A stretch of DNA of 64,000 bases, from NCBI GenBank assembly GCA_964036045.1, contig OZ038378.1:178808001-178872000 (forward strand). The letters are read 5' to 3'. The notes beneath the pieces were generated by a model. It was not told the origin of the DNA. It worked only from the letters and a program-made list of their open reading frames with translations, and ran no database searches. The translations under genes and the position numbers were made by a program. Source of the stretch: Eutreptiella sp. 'Long Island Sound 2002' (taxonomy: Eukaryota; Protista; Euglenida). Positions 1-12,200 of this stretch are shown here, in pieces (within the stretch, counting starts at the first letter, position 1; each line of letters starts with the position of its first letter).

Positions 1-595
1 GGCCTGCAAGCGTGAAGGGGGGGCATTGGCCCAGGGGAAGAGAGTGTGTGTGTGGGGGGGGGGGACACTGGCCTCACTCCACAGCGCAGGGAGTGTGCAG
101 GCCTGTGCCTTTCCCAATCACATACCCTCTGCCGTACGGCGTGGCGTGGGGCACCGGAGGCTCGGGGCATTGACCTACCCACACCATCTTGGAACGGGGA
201 GGGCCCAGAGGGAGGCGGGGTCAGGCAGTAGGCATGACTGACATTTTCTGTGGCCAGAAACGCAAACAAAGAAGCATGTATGGGGCAGGAGACTGCATGC
301 ATTGGGGGAAATCCCTGAAGCCCCGGTGGAAAAAAGCCGCATGAGGTGAGTGTTGCACAATGCAGGGGTTCCATGCAGAGGTTTGCTTATCCACTGGGGG
401 GGGGGGGGGCATTTTGGGGCTGCCTCAGGACTGGCCAACCCACCCACCCACCCACCCAAGCTGACCTACCCCCCCACCCACCCAGAACCCCCCCTACTCC
501 CCCAGTAGGGGGGGAGGGTTATTTCATCCCGCATCGTATGTCCATTGCATACTGAAAATTTTGACAAAAGATCAGCGACCTAAAGTTCAAAAATG

Positions 596-667
596 CAGGA
601 ATCAAGGTTTGAACCCACATCTGCACATCTGCACCGCAGGATATTAACCATTGGACTACCAGCCGTC
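596..667 (-). other. Degenerate tRNA-like sequence (SINE head or tRNA pseudogene)
   Basis: A-box-like TAGTCCAATGG and B-box-like GGTTCAAACC at tRNA spacing; stems do not pair fully. Confidence 0.45.
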
Positions 668-2904
668 ACAGCAGCACATTGCTAAAGTACTGTGTAGAGC
701 CTGCCATCTGATTTTTTTGGTTTGGGAGAGTCACGCCCTACCCAGCCCCTACCCAGTTGCCCACCCACCCACCCACCCACCCACCTAGCCCCCCCCCCCC
801 AGGGGGGGGGGGGGAGTAGGCATCGAGACGACATCAGGTATCAACAGGGCTGACGGGATATATCTCAGTGCGAGGGGTGACTCCCATGCTCACAGGTGTA
901 CCCAAATCTGTACTTGCACCCGCAGCAACGGCTACATCTGCACCTGCATGTGCACCCAAAACCCACACCCATGTGCAAAGCTATCAACAACACCTGCCCT
1001 ACACTGTAGCCCAACTCAAACCCACACCCATGCCCACGCCCACGCAGATACCCAGCATCATTCCTGCAGCCACACCTGCAGCGCCTACGCCCACACTCAC
1101 ACCCACGCTCAGCCCCCAAATTGCACACCCAGTTGCAGAGGACAGAGGAAGCAGTGCAAATGCGATATTGTGTGGCCACAATTTCATCCCTTTGCACTGG
1201 CTGCACAATTGTCACTGTTTTAGCAGCAAGGCTCGTGACTGTCCACATCCGAAACAGGGGACTGGGGCGGCATCACGGGTAGTGGTGGTCATGATCGAGG
1301 TTAAGAGGTTCGATAATCAAAACGGGGACACACAAGCGAAGCGCTAAGCGTTGTTGCAACAGCACTGGGGCATACGCCTGGGTTTGTAAGTCTCGTGGTT
1401 CAACAGTGGTTACTGCCACTTGCCATCATTGTTTGGACCAGATTTTTCCGTCACCAGTCATCCAGTTTGATGTGCAATACTTGGCAGTGGGGGTCTACGT
1501 CGGAGTTCAGGAGGATCCCTGTCCCTCCCTTTACCTGAGGCCACCACGGCCCGACCCCTTCCTGAGCAATGAGCTGAAGGGCAGCGGTGCTTGTGCACAC
1601 GCTGCATGCACACGCGTTACCCCTGCATCCATTGCCAACAGGGATGCGCCGGCCCTTTCCAAACCGCCCCCGCCCCTCCCTCTGTGTCAGCAAAGGGGGA
1701 TGAGAGGCAGGCCAGGAGGTGGCGGCACCCACGGACTCCCCCCATTTCCCGTCAGTTCCCTTCTGCAGCCCCACCCGTGCTATGGGCCTTTGAATACAGG
1801 CGGCTTAGTCATTGACTCTGATCCAGACACAATGCGTCTGCAAGTGACGGAAGCATCCGAACCCGATCCGTACCTCTATGTACACCTCTACGCCATGGGC
1901 CATCGCTTCTAGGCTTCAAGTCTGAGTCGCTGTCTTGCAGTCGGACGTCCGAGAGGCAGGGGGATGAATAGTGGTTTGCCAGAGCCCAGTGCAAAAGAGT
2001 GCAAGAGCCATTGTGTAAGAACCCCGGTCCGTTTGATGCCAACCTCAGCCGACCGACCGACAACAGTTTCCTTGGGGGGAAGAAATGAAACTTGTGAAAC
2101 GGGCCCCAAACGGGAGGCCAAATTTGGGCACCCCCCCCCCATCCCCTCCCCCATAGGGGAGGACGGTTTTTTGCCAATGGTCTGGTCATGGGGGGTGCTG
2201 GTGTGTGGGGTGTGGCGTGAGGTTGGTGGGTACGTTTGGGCACGTTTGGGGGTCCGTGGAAGGCCCCCTGTCAAGCCAAATGAAGGACCTGAGGCCCGGG
2301 GTTGGGGATCCCAGGGCGGGGGGGGGGGGGGGGGGAACTTCGTGTCCTTCACCCATTTGTGAATTCTACACACCTGGCGGTGAAAGAGGCTGTTACCCCT
2401 CACCGTGGGCTCCCCCAAAAAAGTTTTCCAGCGCCGAAATCGCCACTTTCACATACACACCGACCACATCATTTCGGGTTCCACAGAGGACCCCCCTCCC
2501 CCAGCCGCCCGCCTCAGTGTCGGGTCCCACACACCAACGGCCCCCGTGGGCCTGGTCTAACACCGCAGGCCGCGTCCCAAAAGCGATTCAGCATGTGCTT
2601 TTGCAAACAATTGGTGCGGCAGAGGGACTGATAGCGGGAGGAACAGTCAGCCACCGCTGCCTCGCCGAAGTGCAGGCCCGGCCCACTGCAGCATTGCACA
2701 GCCACGAAGGCCCCGGGCCCATGTGCAGTGCGCAGTTCCCTCAGTGAGAGGAATGGGCCTCGTTCCACGGAACTCCCTCATCCCCCGACGGCGCACTCCT
2801 CCTCGTGCTGCTGCACGGCCGCACTCCAGAAGCACGTGACATCAGTTAGCCTGGGTCTTCTGCAGACGTGCCACCAGTGTCCGGCAGAGAAACTGGGTCT
2901 CGTT

Positions 2905-3038
2905 AGGAACCAGCCCCCGTACCCGTACCGTGTGCCACTCATCAGTGCCCGCTCTTGTCGCGCACGCAACTCAGTAGGAACCAGCTGCATTCCCTGTCCG
3001 ACTCAGTAGGGCCCAACTCCTTCTGATCACGTGTGACC
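2905..3038 (-). repeat. ~130-bp dispersed element, homologous to 55358-55485
   Basis: Both copies read GGTCASACGYGATCAGAA..GGGCCCTACT..GCAGCTGGTTCCTRCTGAGTT..AGCGGGCAC..GGCACAC.GG..GGGGCTGGTTCCT on the minus strand. Confidence 0.75.
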
Positions 3039-3290
3039 TGCCGGACGCTCGTGCCAAGACGGGTCCTCTGCATCATCGGCGTTATCGTCCGCCTTGTCAT
3101 CCGTCGGCCTGTGCTCCGGCCCCTGTCCCCCGGAGTCAGGCTCGGGGGGGAGGCCCAGGAGGGCATCCACCCACTGCTGCCAGTGGGCCTTGAAGTGTTC
3201 ACCGGGGAAAACATCCAACTCACTTTCTTTGGCGTTTTGAATGGGATCCAGATACTCCCGTTTGTTGAAGGCGCATAGGAGCTTCGACAA
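3027..3290 (-). CDS. STRIP1: STRIP homolog terminal exon
   Basis: tctcccacag|TTG. LSKLLCAFNKREY..FPGEHFKAHWQQWV resembles the family C-terminal FN.RRY..F..NY..W. Stop TGA at 3027-3029. Confidence 0.8.
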   Translation of the reverse strand: MSKLLCAFNKREYLDPIQNAKESELDVFPGEHFKAHWQQWVDALLGLPPEPDSGGQGPEHRPTDDKADDNADDAEDPSWHERPAGHT

Positions 3291-6200
3291 CTGTGGGAGA
3301 CAGGGCGTCTGCCAGGGAGGTATCAGAAGAGAGGAGGGGGGGAGGCTTGCCACCCACAAGTGTGTGTACCAAAAATGGCCCGACAAGATCCTCCTACTGG
3401 TACATTTTGTGTTTTCGCAATATGGTCACTTTGGTCTGGGGGCGGGTCCAGGGGGGGGGGGGGGGACCCCATCCTCCTACGGTGTACGGCCATTCTAATA
3501 CGTCCCTGGCGTCTGCCTAACGTTGTGCTGTGCCACATGCACAGGTCACCACCCATGACAATGCCCATGCCCAAGCCCGTACCAACGCTCATGCCCATGG
3601 GCACGCCAATGCCCACGCAGATGCCTATGCACATCCCCACATTCACGCGCATGCCAGGCCCACGAAATACCTACGTTTGCGCATGCATGGCCACATCCTG
3701 TCCAGGTGAAGCCCAGAGCACCAATCCCCCCCCAAACATTTTAGCCCCCTGAAGTTGGGGGGTGGGGGTGGGGGTAGGGGACGCCAGGCTGGGGTCCTGG
3801 GTGCCCCAATATACATACCTCAAAATGATCCCCTCGTTGCACTGACCATTTAGAACACATTTATGTGGGGTTTTTGAAAAGAAAAACATTTTTTAACCCC
3901 TAGGGGTCCGGTCCCCCAAACCTGGCGGGGGAGGTCAGGGGTCCGAAAAAATTTTCCTGTTTTGCATACATATTTCGATTCCCCATGAATGCTGAGCATT
4001 TTGAGTATAGACACCTGGAGTAAAAACGAAATTGTATCCCCCACCATATGCTAAAAAAAAAACTCCTTCGGCGCCAAATTGAGACCAGACCTTCTCAACA
4101 TTTTGGCCTTTTTCAGGGGGGTGGGGGTGGGTGGGGGTGGGGGTGTCAAGGCCTGCAGTTGGGCAGCCCCCATGACCCACTGTCACAGATTCTTGCAGAA
4201 TATTCAATTCAAAACAACCCTGATATCAATCCGAATCCCATGTAAATCAGACACGACAACTAAAAACCAAGCAAGTAGGAGGTGGAAGCAAAAAGAGCCC
4301 CCCCCCCCCCCGTCCCGAGCACCCAAGTCGTTGCAGGTCCCCGTAGCAACGGGGTCCTTTGTAGCCCCTGAATCCCTTAAAGCACCACAATGCCACTGCA
4401 TACCACAACCCGCATTTTTGGGTCAGGTTGCGCCGGATCTCGTGCGCAAGACAAGTGCCTGTGAGCGATCAGCACCGGGGGGTCGGGGGGCGGGGGGCAA
4501 ACGGGGGCACAACCCCGTTGCCGATTTGGCCACAGCGCACGAAGCGTGCCAGTCAGCGTATCTACCTGCCGCCCGTACCCAGCGCCCTCTATCCCCCCTT
4601 ACCCCAACACACACCACTGGCAATCGGGAGCCATGACCGCCGACCAATGATGTGCTAGAGGGGGGGAAGGGAGGGAGGGGGGTCGGGGGGAGGTGGGAGA
4701 GGGGCCTGATGGGAGCAGGCCTCCTTCTTCCAATTTTTCAAGCACAAGATTGCCGCTGACCCACAACGCATTCGGAGGGAGACATAGGCGGACGGCGCGA
4801 GTCAGCAACGAACCTGGCCGTCGGTCACATGCCCCGGTGGCAGAGGCAAATACTGAGGGTCAACGGTGTCGGCGCCCGTCTCCAAATAAAGATTGCAGTC
4901 ACAAAGATCATGGCGCACTTTCTGAGGGCACAAAAGCCGAAGGACGTAGACTGCATTGCCTGGTGGCCTCTTGCGGGGCCTTGGCCCTGGGTCCCCGATG
5001 GCGATGGCCCATCCACGCCCCACCAAACAGGCACACCCCTCCTCCCTTCCAAATGGACCAAAAAAGTCCCGAACGAGCAACACCATGGACAACAAGCAGC
5101 ATCTCAGAGAGTCTTCATGAGCAACAAAGGAGGAGGTCAACGGCAGGGCGAGTGGCATGCTCCTGCAGTGTTCTCCAACGCTCCTTAAAGGGCAGCCCTG
5201 CCCCATGGGGGTCTTGGCGAGGAATGTTTGGGACCCGGGCACGCTTTGGGAAAGGGGGTGAGGGGAGTGTTGTCTTTGCTGATGTGCAGCCCTTCACCAC
5301 GGGGGTCGGTGGCAGCCAAATGTTGATTTGATTTGATTTGAGGGCCGATCTTGAGGCTCACAGGCCGTCTGGGGGGCGCACGAGGGCTTCCCGGCGACTC
5401 TGCATATTGGCCGGCCATGCGTATGATGCACGCCCCGTCCGCCCACGCGGGCCTTGGGAGGGCAGGCCACACCGCCATGCCCTGGGCAGGGGGGGGGAGG
5501 ACTCCTTGCGGCTTCCCACCGGGGGGCGTCATGCATGTCAGCAGAGGGTGGAGTCCTCCAGCTCGCCCGAGTGTGTTCGGCAGGTGTGAGCTTCTTCAGA
5601 CCTGCAGACACCATTGATGTAATGTGATATCTCTTCACAACCCTCTGGTGCGTGTGTTCCATTTTCCGTGGGATTACCATTTCAATTCATCTTTTGCTAT
5701 GTTGCTGCATCCTCAGCCTACCCAGGGACACTGAGCAGTCGCGTGGGCACCAGGAGGCTCGGAACCACCGACAGGTGGTGACAATCTCCGCAGTGTGGTT
5801 GGGACGCCATTGCGCATAGTGGGGTGCAATTTAAGGGGGGGGTGTTAAGGGGTCTGCTTGTAATGTACGTCGGCGTTTTCATTAAGCATATGATTGTGAT
5901 TGTAACCATGAACTATTAACAACTTCCCCTTTTTACGGACTCCCTGCTTTTCGTGTTTGTGGGATTTCCTTTTAACGACTTCAGAAAGGTAATGCTCTTC
6001 TTGATGTTGCTTCTTGGGCGTGGCAGCGTCTACTGCAATCTGCTGCAATTTTCGTTTACTAAGTAAATTACTTAGTAGAAAAAAAAAGTAAAATACTTGA
6101 TAGAAAATATTTTTTCATTACTAAGTTTCATTTCTGACTGCTGACACTTCTGATTCTGCCCCCCGCTTTGAAGCGGTGGGGACCCCCCCCGGCGGCAGGG

Positions 6201-9200
6201 GTTATGTAGCCACCTTGCCCACTTGTGGGCCACTTTTGATTCTGCCCCCCGCTCTGAAGCGGTGGGAACCCCCCAGGCGGCACGGGTTATGTAGCCACCT
6301 TGCCCACTTGTGGGTATGGCCACCACCCTTGTGCATTCAGCATAGGGCGGAGGGACCGTTCTCCACCCATGTGCATGCCAGCATAAGGTGGAAGGATTGG
6401 GTCTCCACCCCTGTGCATGTCAATACAGGTACGGTACAGGTACGGGTACGCTGGGTTTTGTGCCACTGCAGCCAACTTGCGCCACGTTACCATTCGAGGG
6501 GTTATGGGGGTGCTGCAATAGTTGCATCCGGGCTGCAGCGCACGTACTGCAGCTGTTGTAGCCTGTGTCTTGCTGCCACGGTGGCATTGCAGCCCTACTT
6601 CAGCCCACCACCATCCCGTTACCATTGAGGGGCTATGGGGGTGCTGCAACAACCGCACTCAAGCTGCAGCGGACGCACGGCAGCAGCTAGCAGCTGCAAC
6701 CCATGTCTTGCAGCAGTTCTGGCACAGCATCTGCACTGCAGCCAAGCACGCCCCTTTACCAATCGAGTGGCCACGGGAGTGCTGCAATAGCCGCACTCTG
6801 GCAGCAGCTCCCGTACTGCAGCTGCCGCAGCCGGTGTCTTGCCGCACTGTTGGTACTACAGCTGCACCGCAACCCACCCCCACCCTGTTACCAACCGAGG
6901 GGCTGAGGGGTAGGGAGGGGCGGAGCGGGGGGGGGGGGGGGGGGCGGAGCGGGGTTAGGGGGGGAGTCACTTCAGCGCATGGCGGAGGGTATTGTTCTCC
7001 ACCCCTGAGCTTGCCAGCACAGGGTGGAGGGTACGGCTCTCCGACCCTGCGCACTACAGCACAGCACAGGGTGGAGGGAGTGGTTCGCAACCTCTGTGCA
7101 CATCAGCACAAGGCGGTGGGTGTGCACTCCACTCCTATGCACATTAGCACAGGGGGACAGATCTCTCCCCTTGTGCTCGTTAGCACAGGTTGCGAGGTAG
7201 AGGTCCCTTCCCTTGTGCACATCAGCGCCGTGCGGAGGGAAAAGCAGCCAATGTGTGACCCCGAGGGGTGTGCAACCGTTTTGGGGGTTATACCTCCCCC
7301 CTTCGTTGACCCAAACCTAGGGGGTCGGCAGGTCGGGCAGTCTGCCCGACCCGCCGGGCTCCCCTGGGGGGGGGGGGGGGGGGTACCCCAACATACATAC
7401 CTCAAAATAATCCCCATGACACGCTGATCATTTTAAATATACACAAGTGGGGTAAAAATTTTCTTCAGAAAAAAATTTCCCCATCAACTCGGGCTCCCAT
7501 CAGCCAAATCTGACCCGGAGGTCAGTTCGGGGTCAAAGTCCTTTTATGTGTTTTTCATCCATGTTTGAATTTTCCACAAAATTCTGAGTATTTTGAGTAC
7601 AGACACATAGGGTCCAACAAAAAAATCCCCCCGTGCCATATGCCTAAAACAAAATCTCCGGCGCCTCTGGCACCCACAGGCCCCATTGTTCCGTGCAACC
7701 ATTCTGGGGTCCGTAGAGCCCCCCCCCCTCCCCCTTTGGGGTCGGGTCCTGACAAGGAGCAACCCCCGTGCCCTTCACAAAGCTTGGCAGACTTCACTCA
7801 GTCTTCTCTTGCTTTGCCTTCACTCCATCTTCCCACCAATCCAGACCTCAAGCGGCTGAGCCCCGCCTCCCTGAAGCCAGCGTTGCGGTCCCTGCGGAGT
7901 CTCCCTGAGCGTCCTCTCGGCCATTCAACCAATATCATGGTTTGAATTTGCCCCTCTTCAACAGAGCATCCCTCTTTCCCTGCAGATGTGCGCTCCTCCC
8001 CGGCATCCACCCCAGGCAATGGGTCTGTGGACTGCTAAGCATGTTGTTCCAACCTCCGTCAATTTCTGTCTAAGCTGTGGGGCTCGGAAAATGGAGGGGG
8101 GGGGATTACCACCTCTGCAATCTCTAGCCACATGTAGAACGGCTTTCCTCAGCCTCATGGCCCACCATGAAGGATATCGATCTGCTTTTGTACCACCCAC
8201 TGCTGCGTGTATTATTTAGTGACACTCCCACTGTCATTGCATTCGCACACGCCACAGAGCTCCGGCCATGTCACATGGTCGGTTTGCTGCAATGTGTCTC
8301 CCTGCAAGCAAAACTCCGGTGGGTATGCACCAAGGTGGGCAACACACAGCCATCAGGGTTTTGCACGTACTCACTGGGTACCATCCCCCCGCCATGCCAA
8401 TAGCCCAGGCCATGATCTTACTTCCAGGAGGGGGGTCCATTGACAACTGGGGCCATGTTTGTTCGATCTGTGTGGCGGTTCCGTTGACGTGCGCGTAAGG
8501 GGGACCAACGACTCGACACACGGTCAAATCTGTGCAGAATGTGCTCATCACTGTGCTCATCGCCAGCAGGTGTGTGCAACTGGGCATGTTTTGCAGCCCC
8601 TAGTGCTGCCTAGGACCAACCATGGCCATTCCAAGGACGCGAAATTACGTTTGCACTGCAAATGGCCTTTTTTTGCGAAGATCAGTGCCAAAAGTGTTAT
8701 TGGTGGCCTCAGTCACCTATTGGTACATTCCTAAAGGGTTTGCATTGGGGATGCCGTGACAGGGATGCAAAAAGACATGGCCACGTTTGTGCTATCTTGT
8801 CGTGACCCATTCTCTGCGAGGTGGACTTGCTGAAGGCACTTTTCCAGCGCCTTTGGACACCTCATGTGGGCTTTCTTGGTCGCTACGTGGCAACTAACTG
8901 TCAAAAAGGAGGGCTGAGGGGGTTGAGGGGTTGTGGGGGTGTTAGGGTCACGGACTGGGACACCCCTCAGCATCTGCGGCTGAGGATGGAGAGCAACTAA
9001 CAAACAATTGAATGCGTTGGACACATAGGGTGATGGGGTTGCTGGTTGAACAAGGCGGACTTTGATGTTAGTGTTGCTACTGTCACGGTCTCCACACAAC
9101 CAGTTTCCTCCCTTGTTCTGACCTGACCCGAAAGCAGGCAGTGCACACTTTGTAGACGAGGGAGTACATCTTCATGTTGGAGGACCGCCACTTGCGTCCC

Positions 9201-12200
9201 ACGGCGCGGAGGATGCTCTTCAGGATCTTAGCCACGTACAGAACGAGGTCATCCTGCTGCAGCTTTAGGATACGCTTCATCATCACGTGCACCCGATAAC
9301 TGATGATCACTGACAGGCGTGTGACATTGCCCTTTGTGAGTTTGTGCAGCAGCCGCACGAAATTGATGCAGCCGTAGAGGCACCGGTTCATGATATACAT
9401 GGTCTTACCACCTTCAATCGGGATGCTGTTGCAGAGAGGAAGGGAGGGAAGGGGGCAGACCCGACTCCCCAGCCTCCCTCTCCATAACGTTTCCCTTTCG
9501 CAGTGCAGTGGCAGCCTGCACCAACTAGGGTATCCCAGGGAGGGGTACTGTTGCGTTGCATGGCCAGGGTGCCTCTGTTTCGGTGCTGGATCGGGATGCC
9601 CCCCCCTGCACGAGACCAGTCCCAGCCACCAATGATAGAAGGGTCTGGCTACACCAGTGTGTCCTCTCACCGTAGCCTGGGCATGTACAATTTTGCAGCA
9701 CATCATTCTCAGGTGCACGGTTTCAAGTCCTGGCCTGATGCTGGTTACGCTGGTAACACGTCCTTTGATTCAAGAAAGAATTTGCCCTATTGGTTGTAGG
9801 CTGAGCACAAATAATGCTTGGCTGCACCCTGGTGGGGCGAAAAAATCTGAAATTGTGGAGTGTTTTGGGAATCTATGCGGCTCCATGTGTACTTGGTTCA
9901 GGGGCATCTGCTCTGGCCATTCCTAGTCTTTTGCGGCCTATTGCTCCTACCCCCCCCCCTCACACAGTATGTACATGGCCCTGGAAAGATACAGGGGGGT
10001 GCACCATGCTCTTGATTTGCATGCGCTGTGGTGAAGCATGTATTGTGGAATGACAGTCTGCATCAAAGTCCAGAGTGCAGAGTCATGCCCAGTGCGGAAG
10101 TGTGCAACACCTGCAGGTGCACAATTGAATCCCATACTGCGGACTTAACCCCCATCGGGCATCATAGTGGCGTATGATGCAGCAACACCCCCTTTTTTGA
10201 TGGGCTGAGGCAAGATGCTGCTGTGGAAAAGTACGCACATGCACTCCTCGAAAACCCTGGGATCATATCAAACATGGGGGGAAGTTGTTGCACTGTGTGC
10301 GCACTGCAAGCGCACTGTGTGCACACTGCATGCACAGATGCCGGGATATTCACCCAAGATTACCTATCACCTGTCTGATGGCACAGCGAAGCAACAAAGC
10401 CCAACGAAACTTCCTTCAAATTGGTGCTCCGATGTCCCTATGAACCAACCACTCAGCCTTGTAAGGTACAACTATGCAGGGGCATGCAAGATGCACACAT
10501 GTTCAAGTGGCAAGTGCCACACTCGGATATATCACTAGGACGGTGGCCACACAATTGGCAACAAACACTATCATCATTTTCCTCTGCGAATACAAAAGTG
10601 AGTGAGGTGGAGCAAAATACGCACATGGCCATGCAACTCTGTTGCAGAGCCTGTCCAAACATTGCGGACAATCCTCCATTGCCACAACTGTGCAAAGAGG
10701 TGCTCCACCCTTGCATGATAGAAGCCATGGACATCGTGAAACTCTTGTTGGTCTTCACTCAAAGTTTTCCGACCAATATAAGGTACAGCAGTGTGCAAGC
10801 GGCCCTCATAGGCGCAGTCATGCGCGCCCACTTCAAAATCGAGGGTGGGGGGTTAGAAAAAAATTCTTGGTACTGGCGTACAGCCCTTCCGGGGGTACCC
10901 CCGGAGGAGAGGGGGTGGGGTACGAAAAAAAAATCACGCGAAATTTTTTTCCACACCCCAAAACCTGAAATTTCCTCAACTCTTCCCCACCTCTTTGGGT
11001 TTGGAAGGTGCAAGGAGGATATGTTTCAAGGTGACCATTGATGTTTCAACCGATATGGGTGGTATTTGTGTTTCAGGGCACAAAAACCCCCGGTCTGTTC
11101 CGGCTGCAATGCAGCGCCCACCCTGGCCTCTTATCGGTAGGCCCAAAAGTGGGCGGAAATGTTTCATAACCCCTGCATTCTAGGGGGTCCCCAACAGAGG
11201 GGACAAGATCAAAGCACAAAAAAGCAACAAAAGCAAAAAAAATAAATAATTTCCACTGTGTCCCACATCCTACCTGCAAACATGGAGATTGCTAGCCCTA
11301 GGAATTGAACCAGAGACCTTCCCATCATAGAGGCAATATTTACCCACTAGGGTACAGGCCATCTGTGACAGATGTCTGCACAGAGATGGTGTTTGGTCCA
11401 ATATGGTTTTAATCCATTATTGAGTTCTCATGAAAAATCTGAGTATTTTGAGTATAGACACATGGGGTGAAAACCCAATTTTTCACCCTGTGCCAGATGA
11501 AGCAAATTCTCCTTATGGCGCACAATGTAGCAAAGTGAAGGTTACATGCAAATCCCCTTGCGAAAAACAATTCCTACACGGGGTGCTAGTTTTTTGGGGG
11601 GTACCCCCGGAGGAGAGGAGGGGGGGGGGGGGGCGAAAAAAATTCGCGCGAATTTTTTTCCACCCCCCCCCCTGCGCGAAGGACCATGTTGGTTGCAAAT
11701 CATAACATCCACGGAGGTTCCCAGCATAAGGTCGCATATCCATACTATATTCCCAAAATTGTCCACGGCCACGATTATCTTATAAACACGGCCTGCGTAC
11801 TTGGGATTGAAAAGGACATCTGACAATTTGGGGATAGATCAATATGGCTACATCACCCCTGCCTTCTCAGGGTCCCCATGATGGGGAGAGTTCAATACGG
11901 GGGATGGAAAATGGGTAAAAATGGTTGAAATGGGCCTAAATGGGTGACAAATCAAATGTGCCACGTCCCAAATGCATAGGAAGCTAAAAGAAAACCCCAC
12001 TGTGGAAACAAAACTTGTCAAAAGAGGCCAAAAGAGGGTCCGAGTATTCGCCGACATCCAAAACTTGTGTGTGCAGGGCATTCCCATGGGATGTGTTGGG
12101 CTGCCGCACGTTAACCCCTCTATCTGCTTACATGCTGCGCATCTTTTCCACTGTCCCTTGTACATTCATCCACCAGCAGGATTTGTTCTGTCCCCCCAAT

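Noticed and set aside
865-1250. Thr/Pro-rich ORFs (also 3560-3660 and 13140-13400)
   Set aside because: CA-rich or (ATGCCC)n low-complexity sequence with no splice or homology support.
1406-2100. Possible LINE APE endonuclease remnant (DSDPD..YLYVHLYA)
   Set aside because: No GDFN or SDH motif in frame; too weak to call.
5095-6048. Alternative candidates for the penultimate STRIP exon (AHEDSLRCCL at about 5100-5165; HQEEHYLSEVV at about 5980-6048)
   Set aside because: Wrong phase or lying inside a repeat insertion. The 4814-4921 exon fits phase and homology (KVRHDL) much better.
11972-12130. QGIPMG motif suggestive of a Penelope/LINE reverse transcriptase (also GGL motifs at about 50880 and 60390)
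   Set aside because: Isolated short motifs without YxDD or correct spacing. Probably decayed retroelements, but unsupported.
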